From Escherichia coli (GTDB taxonomy: Bacteria; Pseudomonadota; Gammaproteobacteria; Enterobacterales; Enterobacteriaceae): a stretch of 64,000 nt of DNA. The position numbers were made by a program, and so were the translations under genes. The notes beneath the pieces are model-generated. The model did no database searches. It had not been told where the DNA came from and saw nothing but the letters and a program-made list of their open reading frames with translations. Where the stretch lies: the NCBI RefSeq assembly GCF_048403405.1, contig NZ_CP183129.1; one strand, written 5' to 3'. This document shows positions 51,971-62,342 of this stretch, one piece after another; position 1 is the stretch's first letter, and every line of letters starts with the position of its first letter.

Positions 51971-52816
51971 ATGAATAACATAACCGTAAAAAGTCTGATT
52001 CAAAGCAATTACCCTACACTGCATCAGGCGGAAAAAAAGGTCGCCGACTATATTCTTAGCCACGCACATGAAGTCGTGAACTATAGTGTCACTGAACTAT
52101 CAGAAAAAAGCCATGCCAGTGAAGCGACTATCGTGCGCACCTGTAAGAAATTAGGTTATCAGGGTTATTACCATTTAAAAATTGCATTAGCAAAAGAAGT
52201 CATTAATCCTGACAATAGCTATCCTGATAATACCGATTTTACCGATATAACGTCGCTGGCCACATTTTTATTAAAAAAACAGGCCGAAGATTTAATACAA
52301 TCAACGCAATTTTTTAATGCCGAAGTGCTTGAGTCCATTCTCAAACTACTTGCTAATTGCGATACTATTTTCTTTTTTGCTGCCGGAAATTCAAACCCTC
52401 TGGCCGTTTATGGTGCTTATAAATTCAGCCAACTCGGATTAAAAACCGTTGTTCACGTCAGCCCGGAAATGCAAATTAATGCGGCATATTCTATGGGGAA
52501 ACGCGACCTGGCGATTGGTATTTCTAACTCTGGCAGCACCAACTTAATGGTCGATATCTTTAAAGTGGTGAAAGAGCGCGGTGCCAAATCCGTTTGTATC
52601 ACTAACTATATTAAATCTCCGTTATCAAAACTCTCCACCCATCAACTCAATACCGCGGTCAGCGATAAAATCTTCTTTGAAGCCTTCGACTCCACTCGCG
52701 TTCCGGCAATGGGCGTTATTGATATGCTGGTGCTGTTGTTTATGTATAAAAACAAGGCGCATTACGAGAAATACCGCACCCGTGAAGAGTTTCTCGGCTC
52801 CCGTTTCAAGGGGTAA
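51971..52816 (+). CDS. RpiR/MurR-family transcriptional regulator (HTH plus SIS domain)
   Basis: 281 aa MNNITVKSLIQSNYPTLHQAEKKVADYILSH...; HTH_6 then SIS sugar-phosphate-binding domain. Confidence 0.85.
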   Translation: MNNITVKSLIQSNYPTLHQAEKKVADYILSHAHEVVNYSVTELSEKSHASEATIVRTCKKLGYQGYYHLKIALAKEVINPDNSYPDNTDFTDITSLATFLLKKQAEDLIQSTQFFNAEVLESILKLLANCDTIFFFAAGNSNPLAVYGAYKFSQLGLKTVVHVSPEMQINAAYSMGKRDLAIGISNSGSTNLMVDIFKVVKERGAKSVCITNYIKSPLSKLSTHQLNTAVSDKIFFEAFDSTRVPAMGVIDMLVLLFMYKNKAHYEKYRTREEFLGSRFKG

Positions 52817-52838
52817 AAGGTCATCCTTTCACCCCTTG
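52807..52838. terminator. bidirectional stem-loop between convergent rpiR-like and transketolase genes
   Basis: CAAGGGGTAAAAGG-tcat-CCTTTCACCCCTTG (14-bp stem, one mismatch); the left arm includes the rpiR stop codon. Confidence 0.55.
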
Positions 52839-52845
52839 TGCAGGT

Positions 52846-54843
52846 TTAGCTATTCAGTAGCTCACGCGCCTGCGCCAGGACATTTTCCGGCGTAAAACCA
52901 AAGTGTTTGAACAACACATTCGCCGGAGCAGACTCACCAAAGCTCGTCATCCCAATGACTTTACCATCCAGACCGACGTAGCGTTCCCAGAATCCGGCGA
53001 TGCTGGCTTCTACCGCCAGACGTTTGCGTACAGCTTTTGGCAATACCGATTCTTTGTACGCCGCATCCTGATTATCGAAACGCTCGGTACACGGCATGGA
53101 AACTACGCGAACTTTACGCCCTTCTTCCGTTAACGCTTTTGCGGCGCTGACCACTAACTCAATCTCTGAACCCGCAGAAATGAGGATCATCTCAGGCTGA
53201 CCGTCACAATCACTCAGTACATAACCACCACGCGCAATCTCTGCCAACTGTGCAGCGGTGCGCGGCTGTTGCGCCAGCGGTTGGCGCGTTAATACCAACG
53301 ACGTTGGGCCATCTTTGCGCTCAATCGCCTGTTGCCAGGCCACCGCCACTTCCACCTGATCGCAACCGCGCCAGGTTTCCATATTCGGCGTCAGACGCAG
53401 CGACGCCAGTTGCTCAACGGGCTGATGTGTCGGGCCGTCTTCGCCCAGGCCGATGGTATCGTGGGTATAAACAAACACCGAGCGGATCTTCATCAGCGCC
53501 GCCATGCGCAGTGCATTACGCGCATATTCCATAAACATCAGGAAAGTACCGCCGTAAGGGATAAACCCACCATGCAGCGCAAGACCGTTCATGATGGCCG
53601 ACATACCAAATTCACGCACGCCATAGGAGATGTAATTCCCCGCCGGATTTTCCCCGGTGAAATCAACCGATTTCTGATGGCGAGTCAGGTTAGAGGGCGA
53701 CAAGTCCGCCGAGCCGCCCATCAGTTCCGGCAGCATATCAGCGAAGTGATTGAGGCATTTCTGGCTGACCTGACGGGTTGCCAGCGCCGCCGGATGGGAT
53801 TGCAGATCGTGCACATATTTCTGCATATTCTCGGCCCAGCCAGCAGGCAAATCACCCTTCATGCGACGAGTAAACTCCGCCGCCAGTTCCGGCCACTGCT
53901 TCGCGTAGTCAGCAAACAGTGCATCCCATTCCTGTTGAACCTGCGCGCCTTTCTCGGTCGCATCCCATTCGGCATAAATTTCACCAGGAATTTCGAAAGG
54001 GGCATACGGCCATTGCAGACGTTCACGCACCAGCGCCACTTCATCTGCACCCAGCGCCGAGCCGTGGCAATCGTGGCTGTTGGCTTTATTTGGTGAACCA
54101 AAACCGATAATCGTTTTGCAGCACAGCAGACTGGGCTTATCCGTGACGCTTTTCGCTTCACGCACCGCAGCATCTACCGCTTCTGGATCGTGACCATCAA
54201 CGCCTTCAATGACATGCCAGCCGTAGGCACGAAAACGGGCAGCCGTATCTTCAGCGAACCAGCCTTCTACGTGACCATCGATCGAAATACCGTTATCGTC
54301 CCAGATAGCAATCAGATTGCCGAGCTTCAGCGTTCCTGCAAGACCACAGGCCTCGTGGGAGATCCCTTCCATCAGGCAGCCATCACCCAAAAATAGCCAT
54401 GTGTGATGATCAACAATATTAAAGCCCGGTTTGTTAAATTCTGCCGCCAGCGCCTTCTCCGCAATCGCCATCCCCACCGCATTAGCTACGCCCTGCCCCA
54501 ACGGGCCGGTGGTGGTTTCAACACCCGGCGTATAACCATATTCTGGATGACCCGGCGTGCGGGAGTGGAGCTGACGAAAGTCGCGAATATCATCCATCGA
54601 CAGGTCGTAGCCTGTAAGATGCAGCAAAGCGTAAATCAACATGGAGCCGTGACCGTTCGACTGAACATAGCGGTCGCGGTTAAACCACTGCGGATTTTTT
54701 GGGTTATGACGCAGGTGACGACGCCAGACCACTTCGGCAATATCCGCCATCCCCATCGGCGCGCCCGGATGACCGGAGTTCGCTTTCTGGATCGCATCAA
54801 CACTTAACATTCGGATGGCATTAGCCAGTAATTGTGAATTCAT
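52846..54843 (-). CDS. transketolase (third paralogue, distinct from TktA/TktB)
   Basis: 665 aa [44 protein letters not shown]...; TPP-binding [10 protein letters not shown]; diverged from recalled TktA/TktB (identity not computed). Confidence 0.93.
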   Translation of the reverse strand: MNSQLLANAIRMLSVDAIQKANSGHPGAPMGMADIAEVVWRRHLRHNPKNPQWFNRDRYVQSNGHGSMLIYALLHLTGYDLSMDDIRDFRQLHSRTPGHPEYGYTPGVETTTGPLGQGVANAVGMAIAEKALAAEFNKPGFNIVDHHTWLFLGDGCLMEGISHEACGLAGTLKLGNLIAIWDDNGISIDGHVEGWFAEDTAARFRAYGWHVIEGVDGHDPEAVDAAVREAKSVTDKPSLLCCKTIIGFGSPNKANSHDCHGSALGADEVALVRERLQWPYAPFEIPGEIYAEWDATEKGAQVQQEWDALFADYAKQWPELAAEFTRRMKGDLPAGWAENMQKYVHDLQSHPAALATRQVSQKCLNHFADMLPELMGGSADLSPSNLTRHQKSVDFTGENPAGNYISYGVREFGMSAIMNGLALHGGFIPYGGTFLMFMEYARNALRMAALMKIRSVFVYTHDTIGLGEDGPTHQPVEQLASLRLTPNMETWRGCDQVEVAVAWQQAIERKDGPTSLVLTRQPLAQQPRTAAQLAEIARGGYVLSDCDGQPEMILISAGSEIELVVSAAKALTEEGRKVRVVSMPCTERFDNQDAAYKESVLPKAVRKRLAVEASIAGFWERYVGLDGKVIGMTSFGESAPANVLFKHFGFTPENVLAQARELLNS

Positions 54844-54893
54844 ACTTCAGCTCTCTCTGTCTGGCGGGCTGAAACCAGCCCGCTAATCTCGAA

Positions 54894-56402
54894 TTAGTTA
54901 GCACAGGCCACTGTCATTTCTGTCGGGCGCGGTCTGCTCATTACGGTTTTAATTTCGTCGCGCAGGATTTGCGATTTGCCGCCAAATATCACCTGTACAC
55001 CGCCATCACCCAGTTTCACTAACCCCGCAGCCCCCAACTCCTTCAGCCGTTTTTCATTCACTTTCTTATCGTCTACCAGCGCCAGCCTCAGGCGTGTTGC
55101 GCAGGCATCCACATCTTCGATATTGTCGAAACCACCTACTGCTTCGATGATTTGGTATGGACGTTCTTCGCGCGTTAATGTGGTTGCAACGGCAATCTCT
55201 TCATCCTCACGTCCCGGTGTTTTCAGATTCAACTTGCGGATCAGTACCCGAAATACGGTGTAGTAAATCGCTGCATAGCCCGCGCCTGCCAGGAACACCA
55301 GATACCACGGCGTGCGGTTTGGCATAACGCCATTCAGTACGAAATCAATAAGACCGCCAGCAAAAGGATGACCAATGTGCACATTCAGGATGTTCATCAG
55401 CACAAATGAAGTGGCATATAAGAAGATGTGAATGATGTAGAGAACCGGAGCTGCAAACAAAAATGCATATTCCAGCGGCTCCGTAATCCCGGTAACAAAT
55501 GTGGTCAGCGCACCGGAGAGTAAAAGGCCTTTAATCAGCGCCTTACGTTCCGGTTTTGCTTCCTGATACATCGCCAACGCGGCGGCAGGTAACGCAAACA
55601 TCATGATCGGGAAACGACCTGTCATAAACAGCCCCGCCGTCAACGGAACACCGTCGCGCAATTGGGCAAAGAACACCGGAATATCGCCCGTCACCAGTTG
55701 CCCGGATTTGGTCATGTAGTCGCCAAAGTTGTAATAAAACGGCACGTTCCAGATATGATGCAGGCCAAAAGGAATCAGCGAACGTTCGCCAACGGCGTAA
55801 ATAAAGGCCGCGAAGTTCGCGTTATGCCCACTGGTCACCAGCGTTGAAAGCGACGCCAGACCTTTTTGTACCGGTATCCACAGCCACGGCAATAAATAGC
55901 CGACAATAATTGCCGCCACCGCCGTAATAATCGGTACAAAGCGTTTTCCACCGAAGAAACCAAGAAACTGAGGCAATTCAATATTGTGGAAGCGGGTATA
56001 GAGCAGATAAACAAAGATGGCGACAATCAAACCGCCAAACACTCCCGTTTGTAACGTCGGTACCCCGAGGATCATCGCATAGTCACCGTTACTGGCTGCA
56101 ACGGACTCCGCGGTAATGCCAAGTTGCGTTCCCATCGTGGCATTCATGATCATGTAACTGATAATCGCTGAAAGTGATGAAGAACCATCACCTGTCAGGC
56201 CAATCACAATACCGACACAAAACAGCAAAGGAAGGTTGGCGAAAATCAGGCCGCCGCAATTCGCCAGCAGCTCAATGTTAAATGAAATCCCGATGGCTAA
56301 AATCAAACCCGCCGCCGGAAGAATGGCGATTGGTAACATCAGAGCAGAAGAAAATTTCTGCAACTTCTTGAAGTTAAACAAGGATGTTATTTTTTTGCTC
56401 AT
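54894..56402 (-). CDS. PTS glucose-family EIICB component
   Basis: 502 aa; EIIC motif GITEPLEYAF; C-terminal EIIB phospho-cysteine motif DACATRLRLALVD; SD CAGGAGAA; no EIIA domain or gene nearby. Confidence 0.9.
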   Translation of the reverse strand: MSKKITSLFNFKKLQKFSSALMLPIAILPAAGLILAIGISFNIELLANCGGLIFANLPLLFCVGIVIGLTGDGSSSLSAIISYMIMNATMGTQLGITAESVAASNGDYAMILGVPTLQTGVFGGLIVAIFVYLLYTRFHNIELPQFLGFFGGKRFVPIITAVAAIIVGYLLPWLWIPVQKGLASLSTLVTSGHNANFAAFIYAVGERSLIPFGLHHIWNVPFYYNFGDYMTKSGQLVTGDIPVFFAQLRDGVPLTAGLFMTGRFPIMMFALPAAALAMYQEAKPERKALIKGLLLSGALTTFVTGITEPLEYAFLFAAPVLYIIHIFLYATSFVLMNILNVHIGHPFAGGLIDFVLNGVMPNRTPWYLVFLAGAGYAAIYYTVFRVLIRKLNLKTPGREDEEIAVATTLTREERPYQIIEAVGGFDNIEDVDACATRLRLALVDDKKVNEKRLKELGAAGLVKLGDGGVQVIFGGKSQILRDEIKTVMSRPRPTEMTVACAN

Positions 56403-56443
56403 TTTTATTCTCCTGTAGGGTATCGAGCAAATAACGGCGACGA

Positions 56444-57001
56444 CTATTCCAGATTGGCGTGGCGCTTAAACAGTTCACTTTCCGGCGCACCACTTTCAGC
56501 AGCCATCTTCATCACTAATGCATCGGCAATCACCAGCAAAGCTTGCTCATACAACGACGCCATCGGCTGTGCCGAGCGGAAAACAGAATCTTTTTGATTT
56601 TTGGAAGGGGCATTGATTTGCACGATGACGTCGACAAACTCGGTGATAGTGGCGTGTCGATTCGTGGTTAACACCGCCACAGCGCCGCCAAGCTGACGTG
56701 CTTTTTTCGCCAGTGCCACCAGTTGTGCTGTCTCACCGGAAGCGGAAGAAACGATAAACAGATCGCCAGGCCCAAAGTTCGGCGTAATGGTTTCCGTCAG
56801 AAAGTAAACCTCTTTTCCCATATGCATCAGGCGCATGGTGAAGGCTTTCATGGAAAAGCCGGCGCGTCCCAGGCCATAGCAGAAAACGCGCTGGCTTTGC
56901 TGAATAGCGTCGATCAATTTGGTGCAGTCATCCTCACGGATAGAGTCCTTAACGAAGGTTAATTCATTGATGATCTCAGTGATGTACAGCTTTGCGTCCA
57001 T
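56444..57001 (-). CDS. SIS-domain sugar-phosphate isomerase (6-phospho-3-hexuloisomerase-like)
   Basis: 185 aa from MDAKLYITEIINELTFVKD (SD AGGTG upstream; the alternative start at 57013 adds 4 aa); single SIS domain with GLGRAG and SSASGET motifs. Confidence 0.72.
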   Translation of the reverse strand: MDAKLYITEIINELTFVKDSIREDDCTKLIDAIQQSQRVFCYGLGRAGFSMKAFTMRLMHMGKEVYFLTETITPNFGPGDLFIVSSASGETAQLVALAKKARQLGGAVAVLTTNRHATITEFVDVIVQINAPSKNQKDSVFRSAQPMASLYEQALLVIADALVMKMAAESGAPESELFKRHANLE

Positions 57002-57008
57002 TTCACAC

Positions 57009-57214
57009 CTCATGAAATAATTTTCTCAAACACAAAATCTCATGAAATTTTATTTCATTCCAATGCATCAGTATGAAATGTGAAGCTAGTCACAAGAAAG
57101 ATCATAGGTTGATATGTTTTTCATTAAAAAACATATAGATATCAAGTAATTTTTAATATGTGATGGAGAGGCAGATAGAAAAAATGGCGGAAATGACGAA
57201 ATTTATTTCATGAG
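57009..57214 (-). promoter_or_regulatory. control region of the SIS-PTS-transketolase operon: consensus CRP site (TGTGAAGCTAGTCACA, 57078-57093) and repeated CTCATGAAAT motifs (57009-57018, 57039-57048; inverted copy 57205-57214)
   Basis: Motifs read directly in a ~290-bp AT-rich spacer upstream of the first operon gene; a possible -10 TAAAAT on the minus strand at 57052-57047. Confidence 0.55.
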
Positions 57215-57309
57215 AAGGGAATAAAGAAGATTTTCTTAAACAGGGTATGAACTGATATCTGGAATGGTTTACGCAGTATGCTGGGAAGACGTCGCTGTAA
57301 TGAGAAAAG

Positions 57310-57332
57310 ACCGGGTGGTATTACCACCCGGT
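57310..57332 (-). terminator. metE terminator hairpin (probably bidirectional)
   Basis: ACCGGGTGG-tatta-CCACCCGGT, 8 nt after the metE stop, followed by a T-rich run on both strands. Confidence 0.6.
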
Positions 57333-57339
57333 TTGGATT

Positions 57340-59601
57340 TTACCCCCGACGCAAATTCTGCGCCGCCTGCACCATGTTCGCCAGTGCCGCGCGAGTTTCT
57401 GGCCAGCCGCGCGTTTTCAGGCCACAGTCCGGGTTGACCCACAGACGCTCTGCCGGAATGCGTTTTGCCGCTTTCTTCAGCAAGGCTTCAATCCATTCCA
57501 CGCTCGGTACGTTTGGCGAGTGAATGTCATAGACGCCAGGACCGATTTCATTTGGATAATCAAACTCTTCAAACGACTCCAGCAACTCCATGTCGGAACG
57601 CGAGGTTTCGATGGTGATGACGTCTGCGTCCAGCGCCGCAATCGAATCCATGATGTCGTTGAACTCGCAGTAACACATGTGAGTGTGGATTTGTGTGTCA
57701 TCTTTCGCCACGGCGGCGTTGATACGGAAAGCCTCTACGCCCCACTGGAGATATGCATCCCAGTCGCTACGACGCAGCGGTAAACCTTCGCGCAGCGCCG
57801 GTTCATCAATCTGAATGATGCCAATTCCAGCGGCTTCCAGGTCCGCGACTTCATCACGCAGCGCCAGCGCAATTTGTTTGGCGATGGTTTCACGGCTGAC
57901 ATCTTCACGCGGGAACGACCAGCAGAGAATGGTCACTGGGCCAGTCAGCATCCCTTTCACCGGTTTATCAGTCAGCGATTGCGCATACTTCGCCCACTCC
58001 ACGGTAATCGGTGCCGGGCGGCTAACGTCACCAATAACAATCGGTGGCTTCACGCAGCGGGAACCGTAGCTCTGTACCCAACCGTTTTGCGTAAAGACAA
58101 AGCCATCCAGATGCTCGCCAAAGTATTCCACCATGTCATTACGCTCGGCCTCGCCATGTACCAGCACATCCAGTCCCAAACGTTCCTGCTCAACAATGGC
58201 CTGCTTGATATGTTCCGCAATGCCCGTGCGGTAGTTGTTAGCGTCGAGATTACCCTTTTTAAAATCCAGACGCAGGGTACGAATCTCCGTGGTTTGCGGG
58301 AAGGAACCAATCGTGGTGGTCGGCCACGCGGGCAGTTTAAAACGCGCACGCTGGGCTTCAGCACGCACTTCATAGACATTCGCACGCTGACTGTCCTGGG
58401 CGGTGATCGCCGCCAGACGCTTTTCTACTGCCGGATTATGAACACGAGTAGAGTGACGACGCGCCTGAATCGGAGCGCTCCACTCTGCCAGAGCAGCCGT
58501 GTCACCACTGTTCAGCGCATCGCGCAGCAGTGCCAGTTCATGACATTTTTGCAGGGCGAAGGCAAACCAGCTTTTCACTTCTGCATCAAGACGCGTTTCC
58601 ACGCTCAGGTCGATGGGGCTGTGCAGCAGTGAGCAGGAAGATGCCACCCACAAATCGCGTTTGCCGACAATGTCCTTAATTTGCGCATACTTCTCGGTAA
58701 GATCGGCGCGCCAGACGTTACGACCATTGATCAGACCCGCAGACAGTAGCCAGTCAGAAGGCAGACGCTTGTGCAGTTCAGCAACGTCATCTTTACCATG
58801 TACAAGGTCCACATGCAGCCCCTGAACAGGCAGCGCAGTAATCGTGTCGAGATTTGGCGTTACGCCTTCAAAATAGGTAGTCAGCAGCAGTTTCACCTGG
58901 CCCTGAAGCGCGTCGTAAGCGGGTTTGTATGCGTCCAGCCACGCCTGCGGTAGTTCCAGTACCAGTGCGGGTTCGTCGATCTGTACCCACTCAATGCCGC
59001 GTTTTGCCAGTTCTGCCAGTACTTGCTGATAAACCGGCAGAATGTCGTTTAGCAGGCTCAGGCGGTCAAACTGTTCACCTTTCACTTTCCCAAGCCATAG
59101 GTAGGTAACCGGCCCCAGCAGCACAGGTTTCACCTTGTGGCCCAGCGCCAGCGCCTCGTCCACTTCCTCCAGCAGCTGCGTCCAGGTCAGTTTGAACTGC
59201 TGGCCTTTAACGAACTCCGGCACCATGTAGTGATAGTTGGTGTTAAACCATTTGGTCATTTCCGCTGCCGCCGCAGGTTCGCCAGTCGGCGCACGTCCAC
59301 GACCAATACGGAACAGGGTGTCGATATCTACCGAACCATCTTTGTTCTGATGACGTGGCGGAACATTACCCAGCAGCAGACTGGTGGTCAGTACATGATC
59401 GTACCAGGCAAAATCGCCCACCGGCAGCAGGTCGATACCCGCCTGCTTTTGTTGATCCCAGTGACGGGCACGCAGTTCACGCCCTACTGCCAGCAGTTCT
59501 TCACGCGTGGAGTTCCCCGCCCAATAACTCTCTTGCGCTTTTTTCAGCTCGCGACGCAGGCCAACGCGAGGGAAACCGAGGGTGTGATTAAGAATTGTCA
59601 T
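57340..59601 (-). CDS. metE: cobalamin-independent methionine synthase
   Basis: 753 aa [48 protein letters not shown]... Confidence 0.97.
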   Translation of the reverse strand: MTILNHTLGFPRVGLRRELKKAQESYWAGNSTREELLAVGRELRARHWDQQKQAGIDLLPVGDFAWYDHVLTTSLLLGNVPPRHQNKDGSVDIDTLFRIGRGRAPTGEPAAAAEMTKWFNTNYHYMVPEFVKGQQFKLTWTQLLEEVDEALALGHKVKPVLLGPVTYLWLGKVKGEQFDRLSLLNDILPVYQQVLAELAKRGIEWVQIDEPALVLELPQAWLDAYKPAYDALQGQVKLLLTTYFEGVTPNLDTITALPVQGLHVDLVHGKDDVAELHKRLPSDWLLSAGLINGRNVWRADLTEKYAQIKDIVGKRDLWVASSCSLLHSPIDLSVETRLDAEVKSWFAFALQKCHELALLRDALNSGDTAALAEWSAPIQARRHSTRVHNPAVEKRLAAITAQDSQRANVYEVRAEAQRARFKLPAWPTTTIGSFPQTTEIRTLRLDFKKGNLDANNYRTGIAEHIKQAIVEQERLGLDVLVHGEAERNDMVEYFGEHLDGFVFTQNGWVQSYGSRCVKPPIVIGDVSRPAPITVEWAKYAQSLTDKPVKGMLTGPVTILCWSFPREDVSRETIAKQIALALRDEVADLEAAGIGIIQIDEPALREGLPLRRSDWDAYLQWGVEAFRINAAVAKDDTQIHTHMCYCEFNDIMDSIAALDADVITIETSRSDMELLESFEEFDYPNEIGPGVYDIHSPNVPSVEWIEALLKKAAKRIPAERLWVNPDCGLKTRGWPETRAALANMVQAAQNLRRG

Positions 59602-59631
59602 TATATGCCCCTTATGGAATTTTTAGTATTT

Positions 59632-59655
59632 AGCCGTCCAGATGTTTACACATCC
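59632..59655. promoter_or_regulatory. tandem MetJ boxes in the metE-metR divergent control region
   Basis: AGCCGTCC-AGATGTTT-ACACATCC: three contiguous 8-mers resembling the AGACGTCT met-box; a TGAA-N5-TTCA MetR-like motif at 59707-59719 abuts the metR ATG. Confidence 0.45.
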
Positions 59656-59718
59656 ATAATTGGCGGTTACTGTATATTCCTCAAGCGCAAATTATTCATG
59701 CCGAAGTGAAGGACTTTC

Positions 59719-60672
59719 ATGATCGAAGTAAAACACCTGAAAACGCTACAAGCGTTGCGGAACTGCGGCTCGCTCGCAGCCGCTGCGGCGACGTTGCATC
59801 AGACGCAATCCGCCCTATCTCACCAGTTTAGCGATCTGGAACAACGCCTTGGCTTCCGGCTATTTGTGCGTAAGAGCCAGCCGCTTCGCTTTACACCGCA
59901 GGGAGAAATCCTGTTGCAACTGGCAAACCAGGTGCTGCCACAAATTAGCCAGGCACTGCAAGCCTGCAATGAACCGCAGCAGACGCGTCTGCGCATCGCC
60001 ATTGAGTGCCATAGCTGTATACAGTGGCTGACGCCCGCGTTAGAAAATTTCCATAAGAACTGGCCGCAGGTCGAGATGGACTTTAAATCGGGCGTGACGT
60101 TTGACCCGCAGCCTGCGTTGCAACAGGGCGAGCTGGATCTGGTGATGACGTCAGATATTCTGCCGCGCAGTGGCCTGCATTATTCGCCGATGTTCGACTA
60201 TGAAGTACGCCTGGTGTTAGCACCTGACCATCCATTGGCGGCAAAAACGCGTATTACACCGGAAGATCTCGCCAGCGAGACGCTGTTGATTTATCCGGTG
60301 CAGCGTAGCCGACTGGATGTCTGGCGGCATTTTCTTCAGCCGGCAGGCGTCAGCCCGTCACTGAAAAGCGTCGATAACACCTTATTGTTGATTCAGATGG
60401 TTGCCGCGCGGATGGGTATTGCCGCCCTGCCGCATTGGGTAGTAGAGAGTTTTGAGCGCCAGGGTCTGGTGGTGACCAAAACCCTGGGCGAAGGCTTGTG
60501 GAGCCGACTGTACGCCGCCGTGCGCGATGGCGAGCAGCGTCAGCCGATTACTGAAGCGTTTATTCGCTCAGCGCGCAATCACGCCTGCGATCATCTGCCG
60601 TTTGTGAAGAGCGCGGAGCGACCCACTTACGATGCACCCACAGTGAGGCCAGGATCACCAGCGCGCCTGTAA
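59719..60672 (+). CDS. metR: LysR-family activator MetR
   Basis: 317 aa [63 protein letters not shown]... Confidence 0.95.
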   Translation: MIEVKHLKTLQALRNCGSLAAAAATLHQTQSALSHQFSDLEQRLGFRLFVRKSQPLRFTPQGEILLQLANQVLPQISQALQACNEPQQTRLRIAIECHSCIQWLTPALENFHKNWPQVEMDFKSGVTFDPQPALQQGELDLVMTSDILPRSGLHYSPMFDYEVRLVLAPDHPLAAKTRITPEDLASETLLIYPVQRSRLDVWRHFLQPAGVSPSLKSVDNTLLLIQMVAARMGIAALPHWVVESFERQGLVVTKTLGEGLWSRLYAAVRDGEQRQPITEAFIRSARNHACDHLPFVKSAERPTYDAPTVRPGSPARL

Positions 60673-61459
60673 TGAACGTTGGCCAGTGCGGCTGTTGGTG
60701 CCAGATAGCCAGGTTTACCAGCAGCCCTGCCGGAACGTGCATATTATTCATAATACCCAGCGTTCCGGCGTCTACTTGGGTTGCGCCGTAGTTCCACATA
60801 AAGTAGCCAATCCCGGAAGCCACCACGCCAAGAAACACCAGAATGCCCCATTGCAACGTGGTTTGCGGCATTTTCTGCGCATTTCCCAGCAAGAACCATG
60901 CAATCACCGCCACCAGGAACGCGCCAAGATAGAACCACGCAAAGGCGTTATGCTGCGGCATCGGGCGAGTTTCCATCAGGCGTTTGTAACCCACCATGCC
61001 GATGGCAAATGTGATATTGGAGAGTTGCACCAGCAGCAAGCCAGTCCAGAAATGGTCGGTGACCTGATCATAGCGAATAATCCCGGCACCAATCACCGCC
61101 AGCAAGGCGCTAAAAGCATAGCCCCAGCGCAGACGGCGCTTACTCATGATGTCATAAATCAGCGTGATGTAGAGCGGCGTCAGTACGGTGAACAGCAGCA
61201 GTTCGGAGACCGTCAGGTAGAGATAGGCGCGGAAACTCAGCATATACATCACGCCGAGCTGCATCGCGCCCACCAGCATATACAGGCCGACCGTTTTCAG
61301 GCTATTGCCACGGGTACGCAGAAACGGCAGAAAAACGAGTGCCGCCAGGCCAACGCGCACCAGCACCGCAAAATAGCTATCGACGTGCCCCGCAAGGTAC
61401 TCGCCATAAAAGCTAAAGGAGAAGGCCCACAGAATCGTGGTGATGATAAGTAGCGCCAC
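60560..61459 (-). CDS. yigM: DMT/EamA-family transporter YigM (biotin transporter)
   Basis: 299 aa [43 protein letters not shown]...; 3' end overlaps the metR 3' end convergently by ~113 nt. Confidence 0.88.
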   Translation of the reverse strand: MALLIITTILWAFSFSFYGEYLAGHVDSYFAVLVRVGLAALVFLPFLRTRGNSLKTVGLYMLVGAMQLGVMYMLSFRAYLYLTVSELLLFTVLTPLYITLIYDIMSKRRLRWGYAFSALLAVIGAGIIRYDQVTDHFWTGLLLVQLSNITFAIGMVGYKRLMETRPMPQHNAFAWFYLGAFLVAVIAWFLLGNAQKMPQTTLQWGILVFLGVVASGIGYFMWNYGATQVDAGTLGIMNNMHVPAGLLVNLAIWHQQPHWPTFITGALVILASLWVHRKWVAPRSSQTADDRRRDCALSE

Positions 61460-61534
61460 AATGGAAAACTCTTTGATTAACGAGTATCCATTGTAGCGAA
61501 GTATCAGGTTGACAACTGACCAAATAAAGAACGA

Positions 61535-62335
61535 TTACGATAAATAGAGCTTACGCAGATAATGCGGCACTGCGTCTTCGGCGTTAGTACCAATCACTTC
61601 CAGCTCTGGATGCAGATCTTTCAGCCGTTGGTGCGCACTGCCCATAATGCAGCCTTTCCCCGCCATCGACAGCATTTCGGCGTCGTTCATCCCGTCACCA
61701 AACGCAATACAATCCTTCAGGCTGTAGCCCAGTTTCTTCGCCACTGCTTCCAACGCATGGCCTTTCGACACGCCGCCCGCCATCACTTCCAGACAGGTTA
61801 AGGTAGAGAAACTAACGTTGACGCGATCGCCCCAGCGAGCGTTGATCGCCTGCTCCAGCGGCAGCAGTTGTTCATGGGAATCGCAGGTGAAGAACACTTT
61901 GCTGACGCCTTCCGGCTCCAGTAATCCCGGCTCATACAGCGCATATTTGAACACCACTTCTTTAAAAAAGCGCATCTCTTCCGGGCGATGGCGATTCATA
62001 AACCATTCGTCGTCGCGATAAACGTTAGTAATGATGTCCGGATTGTCGTTGACTACGCCAAACAGATCGCTGGCAATGTCGCGATCCAGGTTATGAGCAA
62101 AAATCAGATTGCCATCCAGATCGTGAACGCGCGCGCCATTGGAGGTAATCATGTAAGACTTAATCTCCAGATTATCGCGAATTTGCCCCACATCAACGTG
62201 GTGACGACCGGTCGCAAACACAAAGTTGATGCCGCGCGCGGTGAGCAGCTTCAGAGTTTCTTTGGCGTAAGGGGATAACGTATGGTCGGGAGAAAGTAAC
62301 GTGCCATCTAAATCAGACGCAACAACCTGGTACAT
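61535..62335 (-). CDS. yigL: HAD-family (Cof-type) sugar phosphatase YigL
   Basis: 266 aa from MYQVVASDLDGTLLSPDHTLSPYAKETLKLL (HAD motif I DLDGTL); the ORF-track start at 62461 is an upstream extension. Confidence 0.88.
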   Translation of the reverse strand: MYQVVASDLDGTLLSPDHTLSPYAKETLKLLTARGINFVFATGRHHVDVGQIRDNLEIKSYMITSNGARVHDLDGNLIFAHNLDRDIASDLFGVVNDNPDIITNVYRDDEWFMNRHRPEEMRFFKEVVFKYALYEPGLLEPEGVSKVFFTCDSHEQLLPLEQAINARWGDRVNVSFSTLTCLEVMAGGVSKGHALEAVAKKLGYSLKDCIAFGDGMNDAEMLSMAGKGCIMGSAHQRLKDLHPELEVIGTNAEDAVPHYLRKLYLS

Positions 62336-62342
62336 AAGAAAT

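Noticed and set aside
43319-57300. Possibility that the insertion is a prophage, integrative element or IS-bounded island
   Set aside because: No integrase, recombinase, transposase, phage structural genes, tRNA attachment site or terminal inverted repeats were found; all 12 genes are metabolic, transport or regulatory.
59707-59719. TGAA-N5-TTCA motif abutting the metR start codon as a MetR autoregulatory site
   Set aside because: A 13-bp loose motif overlapping a start codon could easily be chance; noted only inside the met-box feature with low confidence.
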